A stretch of DNA of 64,000 nucleotides. Origin: Polyangiaceae bacterium. GTDB taxonomy: Bacteria > Myxococcota_A > Polyangia > Polyangiales > Polyangiaceae. A program made the translations under genes and the position numbers. The stretch spans positions 192,001 through 256,000 of the forward strand of contig JBILLK010000007.1 in assembly GCA_044376115.1 (NCBI GenBank), read 5' to 3'. Under the pieces are notes generated by a model, which ran no database searches, was not told where the DNA came from, and saw only the letters and a list, made by a program, of their open reading frames with translations. Positions within the stretch are counted from its first letter, which is position 1, and the number at the start of each line of letters is the position of its first letter. Shown piece by piece: positions 48,750 through 58,347 of this stretch.

Positions 48750-51245
48750 ATGTCTCAGCTACCTCGCACGTTTCTTCGGGCACTCGCGCTGGTGTTCACT
48801 TTGAGCGTGGTACTCGGCTCGGCCCGACAAGCGCGGGCCGCCACCCTCGTCGGTGGCCCCGTGACCACGAACACCACCTGGACGCTCGCGGCGAGCCCCT
48901 ACGAGGTCACGTCGACGGTCACCGTCACCAACCACGCGCGCCTCACCATCGAGGCCGGCGTTGTTGTTCGCTTTCGACCAAGCACGGCGCTCCAAATCGG
49001 CCACCCCAAGTTCGACGTTTGTGAGTCGACCTGCAACGAGGTGGGTCGCTTGAGCGTGCTCGGGACGGCGCTGAAGCCGGTGCTGTTCACCTCCAAGTCG
49101 GGACTCCGGGGGGGCTGGCGCGGCCTCTCGTTCGGGCCTGCCTCCGACGTAACGGAGGGAGGAGCGCTCGTCTCGTTCCTAACCGTTGAGCGCGCCGGCC
49201 AACCGATCTCGTTCCTGAATCTGCCCACGCCCAACATCTCACTGCTCGAAACGGGCGAAGGGTTTTCGTGGAACAACGTGTCGAGCGTCGGCGGGACCGG
49301 CGACGGCTTCCGCCTCACCGACTCCGAGCTGCAGCTATCGTTGGCGAGCTCTACCTCGAACGATGGCGCTGGTATTCGCGCCCTCCGCTCCACGGTCGAG
49401 ATCGCAAAGTCCACCATTAGCGCCAACTCCCTGGGCGGGCTGGTCTTCCGCGAGGTCGCGGGGAGTGTGACCAAGAGCACGATCACTGAGAACACCGGAG
49501 CCGGAATCGAACTTGAGGACTCCGCCGAGCTCTTCACCAACCAATTCCAGCTCAGGGTCGCAAGCAACGAGATCAGCGCGAATACCTCGTACGCGGTCAC
49601 CTTCTTCTTCAAGAACAGACCAATCATCACCGGCAACACCCTTCGCCATAACGGCAGTCCAGGGATCCGCGTTGTCGGCGGGACGGCTGTGGTCCCGGCG
49701 CCATTCTCCAAGCAGAACGGCGAGTCGAACTTTGACGTGGTGGAGGCTTCGATCGTCCTCGACAACAACAACGAGCTTGTGATCGAGCCTGGTTGCGTCG
49801 TTCGCTTTGCGCGCTTTACTGGGCTGGAAATTGGAGAGGAGCCCGGGTCCCACGGCAAGCTCATCGCGAACGGAACCTCCACAGCGCCCATCCTCTTTAC
49901 CGCCCACGTCACTGATCCTGGGTCTTGGTTCGGCCTGCGCTTCGCGCCCAACGTGATTGGCCAGTCCAGCCTTGAGAATGTCATCATCGAGAATGCGGGC
50001 CAGGCGTACGCGCAGGACCCGTTGCCCGACGGGGCTGGCGCTGCCGTCTACGTGCATGGCAGCGGAGACTTGTTCGACTCATGGACGAACGTCACCGTGC
50101 GTGAGAGTGCCGGTCACGGCATGTACCTCGACGACGCGAGGCTCTCAGTTGTCGGAGGCAGTTACTCGTCCAACGCGCTGACCGGCATCTTCGTCGACGG
50201 GGCCGTCCTCGACCTTGCCGGCGCAGAAATGTCGGACAACGGGGATGTCGGGCTGCTGCTCTTTTCGGATGCTACCGATGCCTTCGTGCATGACTGCCTG
50301 ATTGAGGGTAACGGCAGCGATGGAGTGTTTGTTTTCGCAAGCCCATCCATCCTCACCGGTAACACGATCAGCGGAAATGAGGGGTATGGGCTGCGCTATC
50401 AGCTCAACCGGAGTACCGAGATTTTTGGGAATATCCTGGCCGCGAACTTCTTTCCCGGCGTGCTCGGGGAGGGCAGCTCGCTCACGCGCAACGAGGTGTG
50501 GTCACCGCAGACGGGCGAGCCATTCCTGACACTCAACGACGAAATCACGGTGTCGAACTCGGCGGAGCTGCGGATCGAGGCAGGGCTGACGGCGATGTTC
50601 CCCTCCGGTGGCGGGCTCCGCATCGGCTACCCCGACGGAGATTGCATTGCCGGCAGCGCACCCAGCTGTGTCCCGGTGTTCTATGGCCGGCTCACATTGC
50701 AGGGCTCGGCCTTAGCACCCGTGGTCCTAACCTCCACCGCCGGGACTCCAGGGAGTTGGCGAGGCGTGTCGTTTGGCCCGGTCACCGATCAAGGCAGTCT
50801 ATCGAAAATGGAGTACGCCATCGTCGAGCATGCGGGCCAGCCACGCAGCTCGTTGAGCCCTGCGACCGCGCTCGGAGGGGCGATTACGCTGATCAAGACC
50901 AGCGCCATCTTGAACAACCTCACCGTTGCGTCCTCCACGGGCCCCGGGATCGTGAGCGACACCTCAAGCCCGCTGGTGAAGAACAGCGTGGTCGCCTTCA
51001 ATGAAGGAGCGGGACTTCACGCCATGGGCGGGGGCGCTCCGTCATTCTCGTTTGGCGTGCTCCACCAAAACGCAGCCAACGTCGCGTGGCTGCCTGCCGC
51101 GAGCACGTTGAACGTGGACCCGATGTTCGTCGACCCCGTGGCCGGCAACTACGTTCCTGCGCCGGGGTCTCCCTGCATCGACTCTGGCACGTCGGTCGGC
51201 CTTCCGTTCTTTGGAGCGGCGCCGAACCGTGGAGCTATCGAGTAG
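48750..51245 (+). CDS. Secreted right-handed parallel beta-helix repeat protein
   Basis: Signal peptide ..ARA; TTWTLAASPY..LTIEAGVVVRF; three PVLFTS..GSWxG units; DPMFVD..SPCIDSG..GAIE C-terminus. Confidence 0.85.
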   Translation: MSQLPRTFLRALALVFTLSVVLGSARQARAATLVGGPVTTNTTWTLAASPYEVTSTVTVTNHARLTIEAGVVVRFRPSTALQIGHPKFDVCESTCNEVGRLSVLGTALKPVLFTSKSGLRGGWRGLSFGPASDVTEGGALVSFLTVERAGQPISFLNLPTPNISLLETGEGFSWNNVSSVGGTGDGFRLTDSELQLSLASSTSNDGAGIRALRSTVEIAKSTISANSLGGLVFREVAGSVTKSTITENTGAGIELEDSAELFTNQFQLRVASNEISANTSYAVTFFFKNRPIITGNTLRHNGSPGIRVVGGTAVVPAPFSKQNGESNFDVVEASIVLDNNNELVIEPGCVVRFARFTGLEIGEEPGSHGKLIANGTSTAPILFTAHVTDPGSWFGLRFAPNVIGQSSLENVIIENAGQAYAQDPLPDGAGAAVYVHGSGDLFDSWTNVTVRESAGHGMYLDDARLSVVGGSYSSNALTGIFVDGAVLDLAGAEMSDNGDVGLLLFSDATDAFVHDCLIEGNGSDGVFVFASPSILTGNTISGNEGYGLRYQLNRSTEIFGNILAANFFPGVLGEGSSLTRNEVWSPQTGEPFLTLNDEITVSNSAELRIEAGLTAMFPSGGGLRIGYPDGDCIAGSAPSCVPVFYGRLTLQGSALAPVVLTSTAGTPGSWRGVSFGPVTDQGSLSKMEYAIVEHAGQPRSSLSPATALGGAITLIKTSAILNNLTVASSTGPGIVSDTSSPLVKNSVVAFNEGAGLHAMGGGAPSFSFGVLHQNAANVAWLPAASTLNVDPMFVDPVAGNYVPAPGSPCIDSGTSVGLPFFGAAPNRGAIE

Positions 51246-51392
51246 TCCGTATGCAGGTGCTTCCCTCGGACAAGGACGACGACGAGATCGATGTCGAGTG
51301 GCTGGTGAAGCTCGCTGGCGCGCTCGGCATGAGCCGGATCCGCGTGCGCTGGAAGCTGCTCTCGTCCACCTCGTAGACGCGGACCAACGCAG

Positions 51393-51863
51393 CTACCTCG
51401 TAAACACAGCGCCCTGCTTGACCTTCCCGTCGGGGAAGAGCGTCAGCTCCCACTCGGCGTTGACCTTCTCCCCCGCGACGAAGAGCTTGAGCGTGTCGCC
51501 GGAGCGTGTGACCTCGGCGCCGAGCGACCACTCGCGGAAGGTCCACAGGCCGCGCTCGGTATATTCGGTCTTGGAGGCGAGCAAGCTGCGGTGGACGAAC
51601 AACACCTCGGCGTCGGTGAGCGGTGCACCGCGGAGGGCTTTGCGCAGCTCGGCGATCTCCGCGGCGGTGCCGGGAGCAGGCGGCGGCGTTGCGCCGTTGG
51701 TCGGTGTTGCGGCGGTCGGGCTCGTGGAGGTCGGGCCTGCGGCGGTTGCGCTAGGAAGCGTCGGTTCGACGCTTGGCGGTGACGCCGGGCCTTTGGCGCA
51801 GGCCGACATAGCGACAACGGCGAGCAAGCTGAAGAGCGCGAGGGACAGCGACTGAACGACCAT
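51393..51863 (-). CDS. Hypothetical lipoprotein
   Basis: LLAVVAMSAC lipobox, Pro/Thr linker. Confidence 0.72.
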   Translation of the reverse strand: MVVQSLSLALFSLLAVVAMSACAKGPASPPSVEPTLPSATAAGPTSTSPTAATPTNGATPPPAPGTAAEIAELRKALRGAPLTDAEVLFVHRSLLASKTEYTERGLWTFREWSLGAEVTRSGDTLKLFVAGEKVNAEWELTLFPDGKVKQGAVFTR

Positions 51864-51946
51864 CGCGTGCACGATAGCCGACGCACGCGCCGAAGGTGCC
51901 ACAGGCTTTTCGGTTAGGGTAGGCGGTGCTGTAGGATCGGCGGGCC

Positions 51947-53653
51947 ATGCAGCTCGCCAGCTTCTACTTCGCCCATGAGGCCTGCTTTTTGATCCCGGTC
52001 GAGCACCTCGGAGAGGCCGGAATGTCGGACGCGTATTGGCACGAGCTGGCCTCGCGTGAGCTGGTCCCAGCGGGCTTTCGCGCGGTCTTTGATGCGGCCT
52101 ACCAGCGGATGCGCGCGCGTATGAGGGCGCTCTCGTCCGCGGCGCCAGACTACTTTCCACCCGCGCGTACGCTGAACGTGGTGGTGCTGCGCGATCCGAA
52201 GTTGCACGCCTTTTTTCAGCCATTCGAGGGCATGTGCGCGCTGGTTTATGCCAGCGATTTCGATCTCGCGCAAAGCAGCGTAGCGCACGCCGAATACCAG
52301 CTGGTGGTCGCCGAGCGGGTGGTGCAAACCCGTAAGTTGTGGCGTGCCACGCTGGCCGCTTTGCCGCACCTGCTCGCGATGAACGAAGAGGAGGCGGCGG
52401 ACTTCGTCAGCGGAGCCGAGCGGTCGACGCGGCCGGATCGGGGGGCCGCTGCGAGCGTAGCGGAGCGGCTGGCCGAGCTGCGTGCCAACGTCGAGACCGA
52501 AGGCTTGCGCGAGCCGAGCGAACCGGCCGAGGGCTTTGCTCGGGTCAAGGGCACGCCGCTCGTGATCGCCAAGAGCTTTGCCCCCACGGTCAATCGCTTG
52601 GCTGCCGCGGTGGAGAGCGAGGTGGCCATGCTGCTCGCGACGAGGCAAGAAGCCCAGCAGGCGGTGCGACCGGGGGATGAGCCGCGCGCACGCGTGCTGG
52701 CCTACGTGAAGGGCGATCGGCCGCAGGTGTTGATCGCGAACGGCGAGGGGGAGATCGTCTGGCGGCCCGATGCGAGCGAGGCGACGGCGCGCTTGGAGGC
52801 GGAGTTACCGAGCCTCGGCAGCGCGGTGGCCGACAGCCTGATCGCCGATCTGTGCGTAGCCGACCAAGTGACCCGTTGGTTTTACCAACAGGTGAGCGGC
52901 GCGGCCGAGCTCGCCATTCCCGGCGTGCTCGAGGAGGGCGGCGGGGTCTACCTGCACCATCAAGCGCGCATGATCGTTTACGCGCTGGAGCAGCCAGGCC
53001 TCGCTCCGCTCGCTGAGGAGGCCATGCCCTACCATCGGCTCAACCTGCGCGCGCGAACGATGCATGAATGGGGGCACGTGGCTGCAACAGCAGGCCTCGT
53101 CGACGTCCCCGCTGCGCGACGGCCTGCGTTCGAACAGGCGCTGAAGAATCTGGCGAAGGCCTTCTCCGAGATCGTCGGCACGCTTTCTGGGGAGGCGCGC
53201 GTCAACGCCAACGAGGAGCTCCTGCGTATGCGCGAGCAGGGCGATCGGCTGGAAGACCTGGCCTTTGCGCGATTGGAGGATTACCGCGCCAACCTGTTGA
53301 TGAAGCGGCTGATGCCGCCCGAAGTGCTGGAGGCGTACGTGCGCAGCAACGTCCGTTCGCTGCTGCTCGAGGAGGTCGCGCCGCTGCGCAAACTCGCGCG
53401 TTACGCCTACGAGGCGCAGTACCTGTGGCTGTCCGGGCTCGAGGACCCGTGGGACTACTTCGCCCGTTCAACCTACTTTTTGGAGGAGTACGTGCACTCC
53501 GGCTTCACCAGCGAAGAGGCCTGCAAACGGCTATTTGAGGCCATGCGCGGATTGTGCGCGTGTTACGAGGTGGACGCGACGAAGGTGAGGGCTGCAACGC
53601 TTACGGAGCAAGCTGGTCCGAGCGCTGATCAGGCTGGTCCGTGCGCTGAGTAG
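51947..53653 (+). CDS. Hypothetical cytoplasmic protein with HExxH zincin motif
   Basis: RTMHEWGH plus downstream RLEDYRAN; no signal peptide. Confidence 0.75.
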   Translation: MQLASFYFAHEACFLIPVEHLGEAGMSDAYWHELASRELVPAGFRAVFDAAYQRMRARMRALSSAAPDYFPPARTLNVVVLRDPKLHAFFQPFEGMCALVYASDFDLAQSSVAHAEYQLVVAERVVQTRKLWRATLAALPHLLAMNEEEAADFVSGAERSTRPDRGAAASVAERLAELRANVETEGLREPSEPAEGFARVKGTPLVIAKSFAPTVNRLAAAVESEVAMLLATRQEAQQAVRPGDEPRARVLAYVKGDRPQVLIANGEGEIVWRPDASEATARLEAELPSLGSAVADSLIADLCVADQVTRWFYQQVSGAAELAIPGVLEEGGGVYLHHQARMIVYALEQPGLAPLAEEAMPYHRLNLRARTMHEWGHVAATAGLVDVPAARRPAFEQALKNLAKAFSEIVGTLSGEARVNANEELLRMREQGDRLEDLAFARLEDYRANLLMKRLMPPEVLEAYVRSNVRSLLLEEVAPLRKLARYAYEAQYLWLSGLEDPWDYFARSTYFLEEYVHSGFTSEEACKRLFEAMRGLCACYEVDATKVRAATLTEQAGPSADQAGPCAE

Positions 53654-53696
53654 CGCCAGCCGCCAGCTTGCGCCGCCCGCACGCCTGCGGCGCGGC

Positions 53697-54242
53697 TCAG
53701 AAGCCGCGTTTGGCGAACAGCTCGAGGTGTTCGAGCTCCGCGGGGCTCGATTCACGTCCGAGCACCGCGTTGCGAAACGGAAAGCGGCCATAGCGCTCGA
53801 CGACCTCGCGGTGCTTTTGCTCGTAGCCGAGCAAGTTCGCATCACCCAGCGCCGTGTAAAGCCGCACCGCCTCATCGTGAATGAGCAGCGACTCGGAGTG
53901 CATGAACGGCAGATAGAAGAAGGGCCGTCGGACCGCGTCGAGGGCGAGGTCCGCGCCTGCGCGCACGGCCTCTTGCGCCAAGGCCAGCGCCATCGTGTCG
54001 CTGGCGAAGGCGCGCGCGTTGCCGCGGAAAAGCTGGCGGGAGAACTGGTCGAGCACGATCACCTCGGCCAGCCGGCCCTCCGCGCTATCGCGCCAACCAA
54101 AGGCCTCACCGCGGGCGACCTGGCTATGCAGCTCGCCGAAGTTGGCGGCGATCGCCTCGTCAAAGGCCTTTGTACCGGCGAACCAATCGCTCGGGCCGTG
54201 GTCGACGAACCAGAATTGCAGCACGGTCTCAGCTTCGAGCAT
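53697..54242 (-). CDS. DUF924 family protein
   Basis: VLQFWF..LAEVIVLDQFSRQLFRG..FFYLPFMHSE..YGRFPFRNAVLGRES. Confidence 0.92.
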   Translation of the reverse strand: MLEAETVLQFWFVDHGPSDWFAGTKAFDEAIAANFGELHSQVARGEAFGWRDSAEGRLAEVIVLDQFSRQLFRGNARAFASDTMALALAQEAVRAGADLALDAVRRPFFYLPFMHSESLLIHDEAVRLYTALGDANLLGYEQKHREVVERYGRFPFRNAVLGRESSPAELEHLELFAKRGF

Positions 54243-54331
54243 GCTGCTTGGTAGCAGATTGGCCGGTTGTGAGGCAGCCAGAGGTGGCGGCGGCGGTTGA
54301 CGATGGCCTTCGTACGTGGCACCCGTCGACC

Positions 54332-55315
54332 GTGAACTTCCTTCGCTCGCTGCCACGTCCTTTCTTGGGCCTCGCGTTGGCGTTGGCGCTCGTTCCGGGG
54401 GCGGCCAGCGCGCATGAGGAAGAGGCGGCTGCGCCGAAAAAGCCTGCGGCCGTCGTCGAGGCTGCCGCGCCGGAGAAGGCCCCGGCGAAAGACGCAGCCT
54501 CGCCGAAAGACGCAGCCCCGGCGAAAGACGCAGCCCCGGCGAAAGACGCAGCCCCAGCGAAAGACGCAGCCCCGGCGAAGGACGCAGCCCCGGCGAAAGA
54601 CGCAGCCCCGGCGAAAGACGCCGCCCCGGCGAAGGACGCAGCCCCAGCGAAAGACGCAGCCCCGGCGAAGGACGCAGCCCCGGCGAAAGACGCAGCGGAA
54701 GGGAAGGCGCCGGCGGTCGAGAAGGCTGCAACGCAGCCGAAAGCCGCTGAGGAGTCGCCGCCGAAGGTCGCCACGAAGGACGCGAAGAAGTCGCTTAAAG
54801 AGGAGGACGTCCGCAGCCAGCCCTCGACCAAGCATCTGCAAGTCGCGGCTCGCAGCCTCAAGTTGACCAAAGCCTCGCGCACCAAGCTGCTCAACATCGC
54901 GGCGCGTTATCACGCCGCGACCGGCAAGAAGTTGATCATCACCGGCGGTGACCGCGACGCGAAGACCCAGGCCAAGCTGATGTACAAGAAGCTCGAGCAT
55001 GGTGAGGACCTGCTGGCGCTCTACGTGCGCGATGATCTGGTGAAGCTGATCATGAACGCCTACGAGAACGCCAAAACGGCCAAAAAGCACAGCGAACGCA
55101 GTGTGATTCGCGCCATGGCCAAGGTGATTCAAGAGCAGACCGAGCAAGGCGAGTTCGTCTCGCGGCACCTCGAGTTTTCGGCCGCAGACGTTCGCTCGCG
55201 GGACCTGCCCGAGTCCCACGTGGACGCGTTGCGCGCCGCTGTGCGCGCCGAGCCGGGAGTCCAGTTGGTGGACGAGCGGGACAGCACGGCTCCTCATTTG
55301 CACCTGAACCTCTGA
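54332..55315 (+). CDS. Secreted protein with (KDAAPA)n stalk and M15/LAS-type Zn peptidase-like domain
   Basis: Signal ..AASA; ITGGDR..Q, SRHLEFSAAD (H-x6-D), PHLHL (HxH). Confidence 0.72.
   Translation: MNFLRSLPRPFLGLALALALVPGAASAHEEEAAAPKKPAAVVEAAAPEKAPAKDAASPKDAAPAKDAAPAKDAAPAKDAAPAKDAAPAKDAAPAKDAAPAKDAAPAKDAAPAKDAAPAKDAAEGKAPAVEKAATQPKAAEESPPKVATKDAKKSLKEEDVRSQPSTKHLQVAARSLKLTKASRTKLLNIAARYHAATGKKLIITGGDRDAKTQAKLMYKKLEHGEDLLALYVRDDLVKLIMNAYENAKTAKKHSERSVIRAMAKVIQEQTEQGEFVSRHLEFSAADVRSRDLPESHVDALRAAVRAEPGVQLVDERDSTAPHLHLNL
54488..54697. repeat. 18-bp coding tandem repeat x~12 (KDAAPA)
   Basis: aa(a/g)gacgcagccccggcg units. Confidence 0.95.
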
Positions 55316-55320
55316 GTTCG

Positions 55321-56286
55321 GTGGTGCGACGCAAGCTTGCGTGGCTCGCGCTCGGTTTGGGTGCGGCTTTGCTCACCGCCGTTGGCGTGCTGGCCGTACG
55401 CCGCTCGCCGACCTCGGGCGGGCAGGAGCGGGCGCTGGCGGAAACGCCCGCAGCGCCGCTCGGCAACGCGAACGAATCCCTGCCGCGCGACAAACCGCTG
55501 CCCGAGCCCGTGGCTGCGCCAGCCGGCATGCTGCGCGTTCCCGGAGGCAGCTTCACGATGGGCGCCGAGCGCGGTGGTGAGGCCGATGAACGGCCGGCCC
55601 ACGCGGTGAGCTTGGCGAGCTTCTGGCTCGACGCGACCGAGGTAACCAACGCGGCTTATCAGCGTTGCGTCGATGCGAGCGTTTGCCGCGCGCCCGATCC
55701 GACCAGCTCCGCCGTTTACCATCTGCCCGACGCGAAGTTTCGCGGCCCGCAGCAGCCGGTCAATGAAGTGAGCTTTGATGACGCGCGGGCCTACTGCGCC
55801 TTCGTCGGCAAGCGTTTGCCTAGCGAGGCCGAATGGGAGCGCGCGGCGCGCGGCGATGATGACCGCCGCTTTCCCTGGGGCAACGCGCCGATTACGCCGG
55901 AGCATGCGGTTTACGAGCGTCAGTTCACCAGCGAGGTCGGCCGGCACCCGGCGGGAAATGGTCCTTACGGCCATGCCGATCTGATCGGCAAGGTGTGGGA
56001 GTGGGTGGAGGACGAATACGATCCGTACGCCTACCGTCGCGCCAGCGCCGCGCTCGGAAAGCCCGGCAGTTGCAAGGAGATCCTGAACGCGCTCGACGAG
56101 CTGCGTCGCAGCGGCCAACAAGGCTTCACCGGCAGCAACCCGCTGCCCAACGAATGCGAGCATGTGCTGCGCGGGGCCGGCTTCAACTACCAAGCCAAGC
56201 ACATCCGCATCACCAATCGGGTGCACCACCCGGGGCGTATGCGTTTGGTGATGGCCGGCTTTCGTTGTGCGTTGGATGCCCGCTAA
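55321..56286 (+). CDS. FGE-sulfatase (SUMF1/EgtB/PvdO) domain protein
   Basis: VPGGSFTMG..DERPAH..EVTNAAY..RLPSEAEWERAARG..GKVWEW..GFRCA. Confidence 0.9.
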   Translation: MVRRKLAWLALGLGAALLTAVGVLAVRRSPTSGGQERALAETPAAPLGNANESLPRDKPLPEPVAAPAGMLRVPGGSFTMGAERGGEADERPAHAVSLASFWLDATEVTNAAYQRCVDASVCRAPDPTSSAVYHLPDAKFRGPQQPVNEVSFDDARAYCAFVGKRLPSEAEWERAARGDDDRRFPWGNAPITPEHAVYERQFTSEVGRHPAGNGPYGHADLIGKVWEWVEDEYDPYAYRRASAALGKPGSCKEILNALDELRRSGQQGFTGSNPLPNECEHVLRGAGFNYQAKHIRITNRVHHPGRMRLVMAGFRCALDAR

Positions 56287-56396
56287 ATGCGCGCGGCTGA
56301 GGCATTGCGCCCCAGCTGCTTCGGGTCGCACCAAGCTCCGCTGGTCTCTTCACGGCCTTTCGTTGGTCTGCGCCAAAAACAGCCGCGGCCTCAGCA

Positions 56397-57179
56397 TTGC
56401 AGAGCGAAGGCTGGAGGCCGCGTTTGTTGCAACGACCATCTCTCGAAGAACTTTGGGGCTCAGCCCGAGTGGGCCACGAGTCTTTTGACCCTGCGCGGCT
56501 TCGCGGGTTGCCCGAACCGGCTGAGCGCTATTTGCGCCACGCGATCGTAGTTGGCACGCCGCTCTTTTCGGCCGTTCGGCTTGAGATGCATGGCACGATT
56601 CGGCTGCGCAACGACTGGCTTCCGTTTCGCGCGACGCAGGTGAACTGCTGGGAGCGCGGCTATGTTTGGCGCGCTGACGTGCGCTTGATGCACCTGCCGA
56701 TCCTCGGCTCGGACTGCTGGTTCGGCGGGCAGGGCACCATGCGCTGGAAGCTGTTCGGCTTGTTGCCGTTTATGACCGCGAAAGGCCCGGACATCACGCG
56801 CTCGGCGGCCGGGCGCCTCAATGTCGAGGGCCTGTGCGTTCCAACGGCGTGGCTGGGTTGCGACGTGCGTTGGCTCGAGGGCGCGCCTCCGCAGCACGCC
56901 CACGCGCTGATTCAGGCGCATGGCGTCGAATCGAAGCTCGAGCTTGGTTTGAGCGCGCATGGGGCGCTCGAATCGGTGGTGATGTCGCGCTGGGGCAACC
57001 CGACTAACTCGGGTTTCCACGAGGCGGCGTTCGGCGGGCTGCTCGGCGACGAGCGCTGTTTTCAAGGCGTCACCATCCCCACCAGCTTTCGGCTCGGTTG
57101 GTTTCCGGGGACCTCGCGCTTCAACCAACCTGGCGGTGAGTTCTTTCGCGCCACCGTCGATCGCGTGGAGTTCCGCTAG
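56397..57179 (+). CDS. DUF6544-like protein
   Basis: LRGLPEPAERYLRHAI..VRLEMHGTIR..WLPFRATQ..WKLFGLLP..RWGNP; start uncertain. Confidence 0.7.
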   Translation: MQSEGWRPRLLQRPSLEELWGSARVGHESFDPARLRGLPEPAERYLRHAIVVGTPLFSAVRLEMHGTIRLRNDWLPFRATQVNCWERGYVWRADVRLMHLPILGSDCWFGGQGTMRWKLFGLLPFMTAKGPDITRSAAGRLNVEGLCVPTAWLGCDVRWLEGAPPQHAHALIQAHGVESKLELGLSAHGALESVVMSRWGNPTNSGFHEAAFGGLLGDERCFQGVTIPTSFRLGWFPGTSRFNQPGGEFFRATVDRVEFR

Positions 57180-57191
57180 ACTCGCGCGTCT

Positions 57192-58313
57192 GTGACCTCG
57201 CGAGCATCGACGGCTGCGGCATGCGTCGCCTTCTTGAGCGCGCTCGCGAGCTGCGGCCAGACGCCGCCACTAAACGGCTCGCCGCTTCCCAGCCTGGTAT
57301 CGACCGCCGCGGCGGTATTGCGTCCACCCGGCCCGGCGCCGCAAAAGCGCACGCTCGACGTCGTAGCGGCCAACGCGGCCTGCGAAGGCTGCCACCAAGA
57401 GATCGCGCTCGAATGGCGCGGCTCGCTGCATCGCGAAGCCTTCACCGATCCGATGTTTCAGGCGCAGTTCGAACTCGAGCCGTTTCCCTTTTGTTCGTCG
57501 TGCCACGCTCCCGAGGCCGAGGTCGGGGTGCCCGTCGCGGGGGTGCCCGTCGCGAGTGCGGAGGCCGAGCTCGGTGTGGGTTGCATCACCTGCCATGTGC
57601 CGGAAGACCAGCTCTTAGCGGCCGACCAAGCGCCAGGGCTCCTCGCTGCGCCGCATCCGATCGTGCGCACCACGCTGCTGCAACAAGCGGCGGCCTGCGC
57701 AGGCTGTCACGAGTTCGCCTTTCCAGACCAAGGCGCGCGCTCGCACCCACTGTTGATGCAGTCCACCGTGCAAGAGCACACTCGCGAACGTGACGGCGGC
57801 TGCAACGACTGTCACATGTTGCGGGTGGAAGGGCAGGGCGGTCGGACGCATCGTGACCATCGCTTTGCTGCCTCGCGCGACGAGACGTTGGTTCGCTCAG
57901 CGGTGCGCTTCGACCCGCCGCAGCTCGAAGCGGGCGTCTTTCGCTGGCGGCTTTTGCGCGGGGAGACTTCGCACGCCTTTCCCACCGGGGATCTATTCCG
58001 CCGCCTGCGCCTGGAGATCGAACTCTTCGCCGAGGGCGAGCTGCGCTCGCGCCAGGAGCGCGTGTTCACGCGCAGCTTCGGCTTTGAGCGCAAACCGAAT
58101 CACCTCCCGCAGCGCGTCGAACGAGCGGACACGCGGCTGTTCGTGAACGCGGATGAGGCCTTGATCGAAGTGCCGTTGCGCTCGCCGCTGATGGGCGATC
58201 GGCTGCGCTATCGCTTGCTCTACGAGCGCGTGGCCGACCCTCGGATCCAGCGGGATGGCGCGCCGCTGATCGAAGGCACCATCACCGTGGCCGAGGGCGA
58301 ACTGCGCCTCTGA
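57192..58313 (+). CDS. Pentaheme c-type cytochrome (c554-like), lipoprotein
   Basis: CEGCH, CSSCH, CITCH, CAGCH, CNDCH; WRGSLH; HAFPTGD. Confidence 0.88.
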   Translation: MTSRASTAAACVAFLSALASCGQTPPLNGSPLPSLVSTAAAVLRPPGPAPQKRTLDVVAANAACEGCHQEIALEWRGSLHREAFTDPMFQAQFELEPFPFCSSCHAPEAEVGVPVAGVPVASAEAELGVGCITCHVPEDQLLAADQAPGLLAAPHPIVRTTLLQQAAACAGCHEFAFPDQGARSHPLLMQSTVQEHTRERDGGCNDCHMLRVEGQGGRTHRDHRFAASRDETLVRSAVRFDPPQLEAGVFRWRLLRGETSHAFPTGDLFRRLRLEIELFAEGELRSRQERVFTRSFGFERKPNHLPQRVERADTRLFVNADEALIEVPLRSPLMGDRLRYRLLYERVADPRIQRDGAPLIEGTITVAEGELRL

Positions 58314-58347
58314 ACGTTGCTTTGTGCGCCGGGCGAAGAATCAACGC

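Noticed and set aside
53697..55303. Long minus-strand ORFs with LRLSPG / RRGCVF / AGAASF repeats
   Set aside because: Alternative-frame readings of the KDAAPA repeat; only the DUF924 portion (53697-54242) is credible.
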